From assembly GCF_019464535.1 (NCBI RefSeq), contig NZ_CP080507.1, forward strand, positions 3,810,001 to 3,842,000: a stretch of DNA of 32,000 bases. Reading direction: 5' to 3'. Source of the DNA: Horticoccus luteus (GTDB lineage: Bacteria; Verrucomicrobiota; Verrucomicrobiia; Opitutales; Opitutaceae). Below the pieces are notes generated by a model, which ran no database searches, had not been told where the DNA came from, and saw nothing but the letters and a program-made list of their open reading frames with translations. The translations under genes and the position numbers were made by a program. Shown here in pieces: positions 22,897 through 32,000 of the stretch (positions are counted from its first letter, which is position 1; each line of letters opens with the position of its first letter).

Positions 22897-25578
22897 TTAA
22901 ATGACCGGCACCGCCCCAAGGTGCAATCTCACCGTGACCCAACCCTCGCCCGGCAACACCTCCAGCGCGTGCGCGTGCGGATAATAGCGCCGGAGCCGCT
23001 CCCGCAGATTGTCCAGGCCGATGCCCAGCGACGGCCGCGCGTGCCCTCCCGCGGGGGCCACCCACACACCCGTGTTGCTCACCTCCAGTCGCAATCCGCC
23101 ATCGTCCGCCCGCGCTGCGACGATGCGCACCCCGACCCGCTCCGCGCTCGTCGCACACCCGTATTTCAACGCGTTCTCCACCAGCGGCAGCAGCAGAAAA
23201 TGTGGCAGTCGCGCCTCTGCGAGCGCTTCGACTCCGACGATCTCCACCGCCAGCATATCGCCCCACCGCGATTGCTCGATCGCGAGGTAGGCGCTCAGCA
23301 ACTTTATCTCCGCCCCCAGCGTCGTCCACTCCTGGTCGTTGTCGCGCTGCAGCGTCAACCGGCAGAAATGCGCCAGTTGCTCCACCATCGCCCGCGCCGT
23401 CGCCGCTTCCGGGGGAAGCGAGCCGCTGATGGAGGCGAGGGTGTTGAACAGAAAATGTGGGTTGAGCTGGTAACGCAGCACTTCGAGCCGCGCCTTTTCC
23501 TCGGCCAGCCGCGCCGCGATCTTTTCCTCCGATTCGAGCCGGTTGAGCCGCGTAAGCTCCCGGTTCTTTTCCGCCAGCTCCCTCGTCCGCTCACCCAGCT
23601 CCGCCGTGCGGGCCGTCACGAGCGCTTCGAGTCGCGCCGCATGTCGACGCAGCGTTCGTGTGCGCCACTGCACCACGCCCACCACCATACCAACCGCCGC
23701 CATCACGTAGGCCGCGACCGCCCACCCGCTCCACCACCACGGCGGCAACACGGAAAACGTGATCGCCGCCGGCGTGCTCAGCACACCATCGCCATCACGG
23801 GCGCGCACCTCGAAACGATACGCGCCCGCCGGCAGCCGTGTGAAGCTTCGCGTGCGTTCGCTGGACCAATCCGACCAACTCCGCTCGAAACCCTCCAAGC
23901 GGCTCTGATACCGGACCGCGTCAGCCATTTGGCATCGCATCGCGACATAATCGAACCGCAGCGGCGCATGCGTCGGTGCCAACTCGTCGCCGGCGTGCAC
24001 ACCCGCCGTCGTTAGCACCACGCGGAAGGGCACCGGCGGGGGAAACGCCCGCGCCAGCTCCACCCGCAAAAGCCCCTGTGCCCCGCCGATCCACAAAATC
24101 CGGTTTCCTGGCGCGCCTTCCTCCAGCAGACATTCCACCTTGCCGGCACTTTTCCGGACGAGAGCCGGCAGCTGGTGCAACGCCCGCCCGTCCGGCGCCA
24201 TCAGCTCTATGCCGCTCTCCCTCGCCACCCAGCGCGCGCCACGCACGCTCGGATCCTGCGCCGCGCACGCCACGGGATCCGCGATGCCATGCTCCCCGCC
24301 GCCGTTTGGACGATCGTCGATCGGCAAGTTGTCCGCCGCCTCGAACCGGGCCGCCTCGCCCTGGGAATTCATCGGCCGCAAGCGAAACCCATCGTCGCCG
24401 CATCTCACATACAGCACGCCGTCGCGCCGCTCCACCCCCGTCACCGCGCCGGCCGCCAGACCGTTGACCGCATCGAACACCGTCACGGCCGACGGCCATT
24501 CAAGCCGGAAGGCGCCTTCCGTCGTGCCCAGCCAGAGCCCACCCTCGCGATCGAAAAACACATCGAGCAGTGTTTTCAGCCAGAGCCCGAGCGTCTCGTC
24601 GATCGGACCGACATACCGGCCGGCCGCATCGAACCGCATCCCGCCGGAGCCGCTCGCGGAATCAAAAACCACCGCCAGCTCGCCGGTCTCCGCCCGCGCC
24701 GCCCGCAGAATGTTCTTCCCGGCCAGCCACCGATTCGCCTCCAACGGCCAGACGCGGATATGACCGTCCACCAGTTCGAAAAACCCATTGTGCTCCGTCA
24801 GGAAGCGCAGCGATCCCGCCGGCCCGGCTTCCATCAGCAGGATCACGTTTTCGCGCAACACTGGATCGTCCGCCACCAACTCGAGCCGGTCGCCCGCGAT
24901 CCGGCATAAGGGCCGGCCCGGCGAGGTGACGTAGGCCACGCCGGCGACGCCGTGCAAATGCGTCGTCCGCGCATACGGAGCCGCGCGGCACGGGATCACG
25001 GTGAACGTCGCATCCTGCCAGCGCAGGATCTTTTCGGCGTCCGCGAAATAAACCGCCCGACCCACGGCCAGCACGTCGTGAATCTCGTCGTAGCCAAGTT
25101 CGGTCGCCGGCAGGCGATCAGCCAACGAAACAAATTCCGCCCCCGCGCCGGTGCCACGCAACCAGCCGATCACGCCCGCGCCACCGACAAACACCCGGCC
25201 GTCGGCGGCGCGCGCGAATCGCCGCGGCGCAGCCGATTCCTCCGGCATCACGATCGGTCGCCATTCCGCCCCGTCGTAAGAACGCAGCACACGACCGCTC
25301 GCGAGATACATGAATCCGTCGCGATCCTGCGTCACGGCCTGGTTGGTGTAGCCGATCTTGTCCCGCCCCGGGGAAAACTCCCGGATCAGCGGGTGCCCGA
25401 GTTCGTTTTCCGCCGCCCGACCCGTGCCAACCGGCAGCGCGAACCCGCAGACAAGAACCAAGCGGGAAAGGAGGCGGGCGGGACGCACCAAGGGAAGGGC
25501 TGCGGGAAGGTCGTAAGTGGGAAAACCTTCCCCGGCGAATAATTTTCGCACGCAGCCCGCGGGGTGCCGTGCGCCCAC
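22897..25578 (-). CDS. sensor histidine kinase, LytS/YehU type (PF06580-like), with large periplasmic beta-propeller + Y_Y_Y sensor domain
   Basis: The N-terminal anchor is LLSRLVLVCGFALPV. Long propeller-type repeats are present (GGLWLGTTEGAFRL, ILWIGGAQGLLRV...). The Y_Y_Y block is VRYQSRLEGFERSWSDWSSERTRSFTRLPAGAYRFEVRARDGDG and the TM is WWWSGWAVAAYVMAAVGMVVGVV. These are followed by a coiled coil, LRYQLNPHFLFNTLASISG (His_kinase box) and an HATPase region (...LLPLVENALKYG...LEVSNTG...GIGLDNLRERL). The listed start is GTG at 25578, with an alternative GTG at 25488. The gene ends 7 nt before the regulator gene. Confidence 0.85.
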   Translation of the reverse strand: MGARHPAGCVRKLFAGEGFPTYDLPAALPLVRPARLLSRLVLVCGFALPVGTGRAAENELGHPLIREFSPGRDKIGYTNQAVTQDRDGFMYLASGRVLRSYDGAEWRPIVMPEESAAPRRFARAADGRVFVGGAGVIGWLRGTGAGAEFVSLADRLPATELGYDEIHDVLAVGRAVYFADAEKILRWQDATFTVIPCRAAPYARTTHLHGVAGVAYVTSPGRPLCRIAGDRLELVADDPVLRENVILLMEAGPAGSLRFLTEHNGFFELVDGHIRVWPLEANRWLAGKNILRAARAETGELAVVFDSASGSGGMRFDAAGRYVGPIDETLGLWLKTLLDVFFDREGGLWLGTTEGAFRLEWPSAVTVFDAVNGLAAGAVTGVERRDGVLYVRCGDDGFRLRPMNSQGEAARFEAADNLPIDDRPNGGGEHGIADPVACAAQDPSVRGARWVARESGIELMAPDGRALHQLPALVRKSAGKVECLLEEGAPGNRILWIGGAQGLLRVELARAFPPPVPFRVVLTTAGVHAGDELAPTHAPLRFDYVAMRCQMADAVRYQSRLEGFERSWSDWSSERTRSFTRLPAGAYRFEVRARDGDGVLSTPAAITFSVLPPWWWSGWAVAAYVMAAVGMVVGVVQWRTRTLRRHAARLEALVTARTAELGERTRELAEKNRELTRLNRLESEEKIAARLAEEKARLEVLRYQLNPHFLFNTLASISGSLPPEAATARAMVEQLAHFCRLTLQRDNDQEWTTLGAEIKLLSAYLAIEQSRWGDMLAVEIVGVEALAEARLPHFLLLPLVENALKYGCATSAERVGVRIVAARADDGGLRLEVSNTGVWVAPAGGHARPSLGIGLDNLRERLRRYYPHAHALEVLPGEGWVTVRLHLGAVPVI

Positions 25579-25685
25579 AAAACATTTCCGCCCGCGATCG
25601 CGCTGGCCTTCTCCCGACCTCGCGCCCGCCGTTGGTGCCTCGATCGCGCATTGCGCGCCACGGGCTTGCCGTCATCCTCCCGCGT

Positions 25686-26489
25686 ATGCGGCGCTCGCTG
25701 CTCATTCTTGGACTCGTCTGCGCCCTGCCGTCGGCCTGGGGCGGCCCTCCCGCGCTGGGCGAGAATTTTACCCTCGCGGACCCCGTCCTCCCGATGGTGT
25801 GGATCGCCCCCGGCACGTTTTTGTTAAGCGATCCGGTCGGCGCCAATGACGACACGCAAGTCACGCTCACCCGCGGTTACTGGATCGGGCGCACCGAGGT
25901 CACCCAGGCGCAGTGGCAGACCGTGATCCTGCACCACCCGTGGCTCAAAAACATCTCGCTCCCCAGTTACTTCAGCGGAGCGTCGCGGCCCGTCGAACAG
26001 GTCTCGTGGGATATGGCCATGGAATTTTGCGCCACCCTCAACGCCCTCGAACGCGCCGCCGGTCGGTTGCCGCAAGGTTACACCTACACGTTGCCGACCG
26101 AAGCGCAGTGGGAATACGCCGCTCGCGCCGGCACAACTGGCAAATATCCCGGTGAACTCGATGCGATCGCCTGGTATGACCGCAACAGCGGCGGAGTGAC
26201 GCATCCCGTCGCGCAAAAGCAGCCCAACGCGTGGGGCCTCTACGATGTGATCGGCAACGTCTACGAATGGTGCTGGGATTGGTATGCCCCCTACCCGGGC
26301 GGCCGGGTGCGCGATCCCATCGGGCCGGCCATCGGCGGACACCGCATTATGCGCGGAGGCAACTGCGACGCCGCCGCCGGCTGGTGCTGGGTCGCCCAAC
26401 GTCCGCGCTGGCCCAACTATCTCAAGACTCGCAGCCTCGGCTTTCGTCTCGCCCTCGCGCCGGCACGTCCCGCGGCTTCGCCGCCTTGA
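25686..26489 (+). CDS. secreted formylglycine-generating-enzyme (FGE/SUMF1) domain protein (267 aa)
   Basis: An ATG at 25686 gives MRRSLLILGLVCALPSAWG (signal peptide). Subsequent motifs are ...RGYWIGRTEVTQAQW..., ...PVEQVSWDMAMEFC..., ...YTLPTEAQWEYAARAG..., ...NAWGLYDVIGNVYEWCWDWY... and ...RIMRGGN..., the FGE-sulfatase fold signature. Confidence 0.8.
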   Translation: MRRSLLILGLVCALPSAWGGPPALGENFTLADPVLPMVWIAPGTFLLSDPVGANDDTQVTLTRGYWIGRTEVTQAQWQTVILHHPWLKNISLPSYFSGASRPVEQVSWDMAMEFCATLNALERAAGRLPQGYTYTLPTEAQWEYAARAGTTGKYPGELDAIAWYDRNSGGVTHPVAQKQPNAWGLYDVIGNVYEWCWDWYAPYPGGRVRDPIGPAIGGHRIMRGGNCDAAAGWCWVAQRPRWPNYLKTRSLGFRLALAPARPAASPP

Positions 26490-26614
26490 CGCCGCCCATG
26501 CTTCGCGCCCGCGTCTCCGCGTGGCTCCGACTGATGTGATTGTTCAACGGCTTCGCCGCTTGAAATAGCCATACGGGCTTTGTTTTCTGAACAACTTTCG
26601 TTCACTGACACCGC

Positions 26615-28741
26615 ATGCTTTCGAATTCCCTGCGCCTCCTCGCGATCTTTGTCGCCCTCTCTTTCAGCGTTCATGCTGCGAATCCCGCGAGCGAACCCAC
26701 CACGGCGTCCGCCGGCGATGTGCGCGCGGAAGGTCTTCTGGCCGTCACCACAGAGTCACTTTCGGCCGACGAAGCCGCCCACGCGGTGCAGGCTGCCCCC
26801 AAGACCGAGGTGCCCGGCCTCACCGGCGTGGCCGCCGGGCTCACCCCCCTCGCTTCTCTCACGCGGGAAAACCCGTCCGCCAGCGAGTATCACGACGATA
26901 CCTGGCTGCTCGCTCACGATGCCGCCGGCGCGCAGTCGTGGCTTCGCTATGTGCCCGGCACAGGCTGGGAAAAACGAACGCCTCCCCCCGCTCCCCTGCA
27001 TCCTCCCTTGGTTCCCGCCGGTCAGGCCTTCTTGCTGGGCATCGCCACCGTCCCCGGCTCCGCCACCCTCTACACTTATAACGTCATCACCAACGTCTGG
27101 GCCCAAGTCGGCGTCGCCTCCATCGCCGGCACGCCGACCGACGTCCGCCCCGCGACGGAAGGTTATGTCGTCACCACCCGCACGGATGACGGCGCGATCC
27201 ACCACGAACTGATCGCCATCGCCGCGACGAAACGCCTGCTCAGTTGGATCGATTGGCTCATCATCATCGTCTACCTGGTCTTCACCGCGGGCATCGGATT
27301 TTATTTCTACAAAAAGGAGAAAAAACAGAGCAACGCCGACTTCTTCCTCGGCGGGCGTAACATCCCTTGGTGGGCCGCTGGCGTCAGCCTTTACGCCACC
27401 GGCACCAGTGCCATCAGCTACATCGCCACCCCGGCGAAATCCTTCGCGACCAACTGGCTCTACCTGGCCGCCAATGTCACCGGCATGATCGGCACGATCG
27501 TCGTGGCCATCTGGATCGTGCCGCTGCTGCGCCGGCTCAGCCTGATGTCCGTCTATCACTACCTGGAAATGCGTTTCCATCCCAACATCCGCGTGTTGGC
27601 CAGCGCCCTCAACATTCTCATGCAGCTCGGCGGCCGCATGAGCGTCGTCCTTTTCCTGCCCGCTCTGGCGATGTCCGCCGTCACCGGCATCAACGTCACT
27701 TACAGCATTCTGGCGATGGGACTCGTGACCATTGTTTACACCGTGCTGGGCGGCATGAAGGCCGTCATCTGGACCGATTTCATCCAAGTGATCGTCATGC
27801 TCGGCGGCGCGTTCGTCGCCATCGGTTATGTCATCTTCCATCTCGACCATGGGGCGGCGGATTTCTTCCGCATCGCTTGGGACGACAGCAAATTCCGCAC
27901 CTTCGATTGGAGCTTTAACGTCACCCACGCCACCGTCTGGGGATTCCTGTTCATGGCCATCGTCGGCATCATGGCGATTCCTCAAGATCAGGTGATGATG
28001 CAACGCATCCTCTCCACCAAGTCCGACAAGGAAGCCGGCTGGTCCGTCTGGACTCTCGCCGCCATCGTGGTGCCCGGCAACCTCGTGTTCTACGGCATCG
28101 GCACCGCTCTCTACGTATTTTACAAGCAGCACCCCGCCTCGCTCAACCCGATGCTCAACGTGGACTCGGTGTTTCCCCAGTTCATCGCCGGCCAGCTTCC
28201 GGTGGGCGTCACAGGCTTGATCATCGCCGGCATTTTCGCCGCGTCCATGTCCACGCTTTCCAGCTGCATGAACAGCGTGGCCACCCTCGTCTCCGTCGAT
28301 TTTTACGAGCGCTACGCCAAAGCGCCTTCGCAGGCCAAAAGCGTGAAGCTCGCCGAGATCATCACTGTCCTCGCCGGCCTCATCGGCATCGGCGCCGCCC
28401 TCCTCCTCGCGGCCGTGAACATGAAGTCGGCGCTCGACACCTGGTTCACCCTCGCCGGCCTGCTCGGCGGCGGTTTTGCGGGCTGCTACACCCTCGGCCT
28501 CTTCACGAAACGCACCAACTGGCAGGGCGCGTTCATCGGCGTCGGCGCCAGCATCGTGCTCACGTTTGCGGCCTGGACCGTCAACCTCGTGCACCCTTTC
28601 TTCTATCTCCCGTTCGCCATCCTGACCTGCATCGTCGTCGGCTACCTCGCGAGCTTCTGCTTCCCGCGGCCCAGCCAGTCGCTGCTCGGCCTCACGATCT
28701 TCACGCCGCGCCAGACGCCCATCGTGCCGGGCGATGCTTAA
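26615..28741 (+). CDS. sodium:solute symporter (SSS) family transporter with ~208-aa exported N-terminal extension (708 aa)
   Basis: The core from about residue 209 has SSS signatures: WLIIIVYLVFTAGIGFYFYKK....ADFFLGGRNIPWWAAGVSLYATGTSAISYIATPA, ...VIWTDFIQVIVMLGG... and many TM helices. The N-terminus has a signal peptide (MLSNSLRLLAIFVALSFSVHA) and then a soluble segment. Confidence 0.85.
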   Translation: MLSNSLRLLAIFVALSFSVHAANPASEPTTASAGDVRAEGLLAVTTESLSADEAAHAVQAAPKTEVPGLTGVAAGLTPLASLTRENPSASEYHDDTWLLAHDAAGAQSWLRYVPGTGWEKRTPPPAPLHPPLVPAGQAFLLGIATVPGSATLYTYNVITNVWAQVGVASIAGTPTDVRPATEGYVVTTRTDDGAIHHELIAIAATKRLLSWIDWLIIIVYLVFTAGIGFYFYKKEKKQSNADFFLGGRNIPWWAAGVSLYATGTSAISYIATPAKSFATNWLYLAANVTGMIGTIVVAIWIVPLLRRLSLMSVYHYLEMRFHPNIRVLASALNILMQLGGRMSVVLFLPALAMSAVTGINVTYSILAMGLVTIVYTVLGGMKAVIWTDFIQVIVMLGGAFVAIGYVIFHLDHGAADFFRIAWDDSKFRTFDWSFNVTHATVWGFLFMAIVGIMAIPQDQVMMQRILSTKSDKEAGWSVWTLAAIVVPGNLVFYGIGTALYVFYKQHPASLNPMLNVDSVFPQFIAGQLPVGVTGLIIAGIFAASMSTLSSCMNSVATLVSVDFYERYAKAPSQAKSVKLAEIITVLAGLIGIGAALLLAAVNMKSALDTWFTLAGLLGGGFAGCYTLGLFTKRTNWQGAFIGVGASIVLTFAAWTVNLVHPFFYLPFAILTCIVVGYLASFCFPRPSQSLLGLTIFTPRQTPIVPGDA

Positions 28742-28751
28742 ACACCTTCGT

Positions 28752-29852
28752 ATGAAAAAAACTTACCACGCCGTCCTCGTCGGCACTGGCGGCATCGGCG
28801 CCGCCCATGTGAACGCCGTCAACGCCACCGCCGGCCGCGTGAAGCTCGTCGCCGCCTGCGATATCGACGCCGGCCGCGCGCGCGCGTTTTGCGACCAGCA
28901 CCAGATTCCCGGCGCGCACACCGATTACGCCACGATGCTCAAGGAGACCAAGCCCGACATCGTGCTCATCGCCGCCCCGCCCGGCCTGCACGCCGGCATG
29001 AGCATCGCCGCCATGGAAAGCGGCGCCTGGGTGCTCTGCGAAAAACCGCTCTGCGCCTCGCTCGCTGAGCTCGATCAGATCCAGACCGCGGAGAACGCCA
29101 CCGGACGCTACACCTCGTGCGTCTTTCAGATGCGCTTCGCCACCTCGAACCAACACATCCGCCGGCTCCTCAACGACGGCGTCTTCGGCCGCCCCCTGCT
29201 CGCGTTGTGCAACACCGTCTGGTTTCGCGACGCCGCCTATTACGCCGTGCCATGGCGCGGCAAATGGTCCACCGAGCTGGGTGGCCCCACGATGAGCCAG
29301 GGCATCCACACGATGGATCACCTCCTCCACCTCTTCGGCGAATGGTCGGAAGTGCGGGCCGTCGTCGATACGTTGCACCACAAAATCGAGGTCGAGGACC
29401 TCTCCATGGCCCACGTGAAATTCGCCAACGGCGCCCGCGCGGCGATCGTCAACAGCACCGTCTGCCCCCGCCAGGAAACCTACCTCCGCCTCGACTGCGT
29501 CGATGCCACCATCGAGCTCACCCACCTCTACGCCTACACTCGCGAAAACTGGAAAATGACGCCCGCCGCGCCGGAGAAATCCGCCGCCATGCAGGCCGCG
29601 TGGGATGCGTTTCCCACGCCCGATGTCGGTTCCACGCACGGCGCGCAACTCAACGAAATCGTCGGTCACATGGATGCCGGCACCCGCCCGCTGACCAGCG
29701 GCGACGAAGCCCGCCGCACGCTCGAATTCCTGACCGCCATCTACAAGTCCGCGTTCACCAACCAACCCGTCACGCGCGGCTCCATCCGCCCCGGCGATCC
29801 CTTTTACACCGCCTTGCACGGCGGCATGGCCCCCGCCCGCTCCAAAGGCTGA
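28752..29852 (+). CDS. Gfo/Idh/MocA family NAD(P)-dependent oxidoreductase
   Basis: An ATG at 28752 gives MKKTYHAVLVGTGGIGAAHVNAV...KLVAACDID...TDYATMLKETKPDIVLIAAPPGLHAGMSIAAMESGAWVLCEKPLC (Rossmann fold and EKP motif). It starts 10 nt after the symporter stop. Confidence 0.85.
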   Translation: MKKTYHAVLVGTGGIGAAHVNAVNATAGRVKLVAACDIDAGRARAFCDQHQIPGAHTDYATMLKETKPDIVLIAAPPGLHAGMSIAAMESGAWVLCEKPLCASLAELDQIQTAENATGRYTSCVFQMRFATSNQHIRRLLNDGVFGRPLLALCNTVWFRDAAYYAVPWRGKWSTELGGPTMSQGIHTMDHLLHLFGEWSEVRAVVDTLHHKIEVEDLSMAHVKFANGARAAIVNSTVCPRQETYLRLDCVDATIELTHLYAYTRENWKMTPAAPEKSAAMQAAWDAFPTPDVGSTHGAQLNEIVGHMDAGTRPLTSGDEARRTLEFLTAIYKSAFTNQPVTRGSIRPGDPFYTALHGGMAPARSKG

Positions 29853-29886
29853 GCCCTCCAGCCTCCCCGCCAGACCCGTTCCCGCC

Positions 29887-31650
29887 ATGCGACCTGCTAC
29901 CGCCGAACCCCTGGAGCAGCCCACGCTGCTCTCCTACCTGTGGAGCACCCGCCACCGATTGTGGAAGGGCGTGGGCATCGCCCTCCTGCGCAGTCTCGCC
30001 GCCGCGCCGTGTACGCTGATTTTTCAGCAGATCGTCGACAAGCCGCTGCACGATAAAAACATTCCCGGCATCCTCTGGTTCGCCGCGATCTTTATCGCCT
30101 GCATGCTGCTCCATTACCTGTTCTCCGTCTGGGGCGCCAACGAGATCGCGAAGACGATGGCGCAACTGATGATCGGGATGCGCAGCCGCATTTTCTTCCG
30201 CCTCCAATTCCTCAGCTTCAGCTATCTCGACGGACAAAAAACCGGCCGCCTCCTCTCGAAATACGCCTTCGATACGCAGAAGGTCGAGTCGCTGCTCTAC
30301 GCCGTGCTGAACCAGCTGCTGCCCAATCTCCTGATGGGCCTCTTCATCTTTGCCACCCTCGCGTGGATGAACTGGCAACTGATGCTCATTCTGCTGCTCG
30401 CCCTGCCGATCTACGTCGTCGCCAAATATTACTTTTTCAGCCGCATCAAACGCGTCAACACCGAGGCCCGGCTCGCTCAGGAAAAGCTCACCGGCACCGC
30501 CTCCGAATACATCTCCGCCCTGCGGCTCGTGCGCAGTTTCGGGGAGGAGCAGCAGGCCGAGCGCGTGCTCGATGTTTCCAGCGAATCGTTCGCCCGCTCC
30601 CGCGTCGACCAGTCCTACGTCAACGCCCTCTTCGGCACCTACGTTTACGTCGGCATGCAGGTGCTCTCGCTCATCATCGTGGCGGCAGGTGCGATCTTCG
30701 TCATCCACGGCCACCTCTCGATCGGCACGCTCTTCGCGTTCATCGCCGGCTTCGGCTACATCCTCGGCCCGATCCACATGTTCATCGGCTTGAGCGAACC
30801 CTATTTCGCCGCCGCCGAAGGCTACTTCAGCATCAAGGAGCTCATCGATTCCCGCTACGTCGAAGACTGGCACGGCAAGCGGCGCGAGCAACGCATCCGC
30901 GGCGATATCGTTTACGAGAACGTCTCCTTTTCCTATCCGAGCGCCCCCGAAAAGCGCGTCATCAGCAACTTCAACCTCACCATCCAGCCCGGCGAAAACA
31001 TCGCCTTCGTCGGACCTTCCGGCTCCGGCAAGAGCACCCTCGCCAACCTCCTGCTCGGCCTCTACGCGCCCACCGAAGGCCGCATCCTCATCGACGGCGT
31101 GCCACAGGCCGATTGGGACATGCGCTGGATGCGCCGCCAGATGGCCGTCGTCATGCAGGACAGCATCCTGCTCTCCGGCTCCATCACCGATAACATCCGC
31201 TTCGCGCGCACCGACGCCACCGACGCCGAGATTCGCGAGGCCGCCCGCCTCGCCAACGCCGAGGAATTCATCCTCCGCATGCCCGAAGGCTTCCAGACCG
31301 CCGTCGGCGAACGCGGCGTCTCGCTCTCCGGCGGCCAGCGCCAGCGGATCGCCATCGCCCGCTCCATCCTCCGCAACCCGCCCGTCCTCATCCTCGACGA
31401 GGCGACCTCCGCACTCGATTACCAAAGCGAGAAACTCATCCAGGAAGCGCTCGACCGCCTCGCCGCCGGCCGCACCGTGATCACGATCGCCCACCGCCTC
31501 AGCACGATCAAAACCGCCGACCGCATCATCGTCCTCAAGGACGGCGAAGTGATCGAGCAGGGCAATTTCAAGTCGCTCGTCGCCCAAGGCGGCGTGTTCG
31601 CCGAACTTATTGCCTCGCAATCCACCGGCTCGGAATTCCTCGAAACCTGA
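29887..31650 (+). CDS. ABC transporter, fused permease/ATP-binding exporter (MsbA-like half transporter)
   Basis: There is a six-TM N-terminal domain. Walker A is GPSGSGKST, the Q-loop is MQDS, the signature is LSGGQRQRIAIAR, Walker B is VLILDEATSALD, and the H-loop is IAHRLST. Confidence 0.9.
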   Translation: MRPATAEPLEQPTLLSYLWSTRHRLWKGVGIALLRSLAAAPCTLIFQQIVDKPLHDKNIPGILWFAAIFIACMLLHYLFSVWGANEIAKTMAQLMIGMRSRIFFRLQFLSFSYLDGQKTGRLLSKYAFDTQKVESLLYAVLNQLLPNLLMGLFIFATLAWMNWQLMLILLLALPIYVVAKYYFFSRIKRVNTEARLAQEKLTGTASEYISALRLVRSFGEEQQAERVLDVSSESFARSRVDQSYVNALFGTYVYVGMQVLSLIIVAAGAIFVIHGHLSIGTLFAFIAGFGYILGPIHMFIGLSEPYFAAAEGYFSIKELIDSRYVEDWHGKRREQRIRGDIVYENVSFSYPSAPEKRVISNFNLTIQPGENIAFVGPSGSGKSTLANLLLGLYAPTEGRILIDGVPQADWDMRWMRRQMAVVMQDSILLSGSITDNIRFARTDATDAEIREAARLANAEEFILRMPEGFQTAVGERGVSLSGGQRQRIAIARSILRNPPVLILDEATSALDYQSEKLIQEALDRLAAGRTVITIAHRLSTIKTADRIIVLKDGEVIEQGNFKSLVAQGGVFAELIASQSTGSEFLET

Positions 31651-31721
31651 GGCAGTCCCATGGCACGAAAAAATTGCCTTCGTGTCTCCCTGCGTTCCTC
31701 GTTACCGCAACCACCCTGTCC

Positions 31722-32000
31722 ATGAAACGCTATCTCCTCCTCTTCCTCCTGGCCGCCGGCGTCGTCTCCGCGCAGACGCCGCTCTTTCCCGGCCTCAAGT
31801 CGATCATGACCGCCGAGGAATACGAGCGTTCGGGCCTCGCGCAGCTCACCCCCGAACAACTCTCGTTCATCGATGCCGCCATCATGCGCCACATCACCGA
31901 GCAGACCAGCGTCGGCGCCATGGCCAATCCCCGCAACGCCGACAACATCGGCCTCGACCAGAAGTCCCACTACGGACTGCCCGACCTCGGCGATGACTGG
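31722..32000 (+). CDS. N-terminal fragment of a secreted hypothetical protein (3' end outside the window)
   Basis: Hand translation from the ATG at 31722 gives MKRYLLLFLLAAGVVSAQTPLFPGLKSIMTAEEYERSGLAQLTPEQLSFIDAAIMRHITEQTSVGAMANPRNADNIGLDQKSHYGLPDLGDDW. The frame is open to the window end, has a clear signal peptide and is GC3-rich. It is absent from the ORF track, presumably because it has no stop. Confidence 0.65.
   Translation, partial: MKRYLLLFLLAAGVVSAQTPLFPGLKSIMTAEEYERSGLAQLTPEQLSFIDAAIMRHITEQTSVGAMANPRNADNIGLDQKSHYGLPDLGDDW

Noticed and set aside
25595-25649. CGATCGCGC occurring twice (25595-25603 and 25641-25649) in the kinase/FGE divergent region, superficially similar to the CGAATCGCGG repeat.
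   Set aside because: The spacing is 46 nt, which is not helically phased like LytTR sites. The word lacks the extra A, and CGATCG/CGCG-type words are very common in this GC-rich sequence, so it is likely chance.
22595-25870. Numerous alternative-frame ORFs within and around the histidine kinase gene, for example 22595..23329, 22870..24015, 23921..24499, 24175..24909 and 25118..25870.
   Set aside because: They overlap a kinase ORF with unambiguous Y_Y_Y, His_kinase and HATPase signatures. The alternatives are Arg/Pro/Gly-rich with no domains.
26756-31620. Minus-strand ORFs 26756..28594 (612 aa), 28701..29924 (407 aa) and 29770..31620 (616 aa).
   Set aside because: They are antisense to the SSS symporter, Gfo/Idh/MocA and ABC exporter genes, all of which carry canonical motifs on the plus strand. 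This is the typical high-GC shadow-ORF composition.
1-32000. A scan for tRNA/rRNA-like conserved boxes, CRISPR-like regularly spaced repeats, IS terminal inverted repeats, and toxin-antitoxin or defence-system gene pairs.
   Set aside because: I found nothing matching. All sizeable open space is accounted for by the genes listed, and the intergenic regions are no longer than 226 nt.

Overview
High-GC (about 63-68% in the 60-nt lines I counted) bacterial chromosomal segment. The PEP-CTERM tails, the propeller/Y_Y_Y-LytS kinase and the polysaccharide-lyase content suggest a Verrucomicrobiota/Opitutales-like glycan degrader; the taxon is inference only. I call 24 protein-coding genes (2 truncated by the window edges) plus one speculative 28-codon ORF. 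I saw no rRNA, tRNA, CRISPR array, transposase or integrase.

Gene order:
- fragment of a possible membrane glycosyltransferase-like protein, secreted hypothetical, CDF metal exporter, ACT-domain protein
- large exported heparinase II/III-like lyase
- minus-strand four-gene oxidoreductase/lactonase operon (Zn-ADH, SDR, D-2-hydroxyacid dehydrogenase, amidohydrolase-2 lactonase)
- plus-strand operon of two collinear ~780-aa paralogs of unknown family around a distant GH29-like TIM-barrel gene
- AraC regulator divergent from a PhyH-type Fe/2OG dioxygenase, followed by a tandem ferritin-like diiron protein
- two lower-GC PEP-CTERM surface proteins
- LytS-type sensor kinase and LytTR response regulator
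- secreted FGE/SUMF1-like protein
- SSS symporter with an exported N-terminal extension, Gfo/Idh/MocA oxidoreductase, MsbA-like ABC exporter, start of a secreted protein

Best candidates for something undescribed:
1. The paralog/GH-like/paralog operon at 10581-16388.
2. The AraC/PhyH/tandem-ferritin oxygenase module at 16488-19952.
3. A perfect 10-bp direct repeat with 21-bp phasing between the LytTR regulator and the PEP-CTERM genes.

All functional calls rest on motif recognition from the translated ORFs. No database search was possible.
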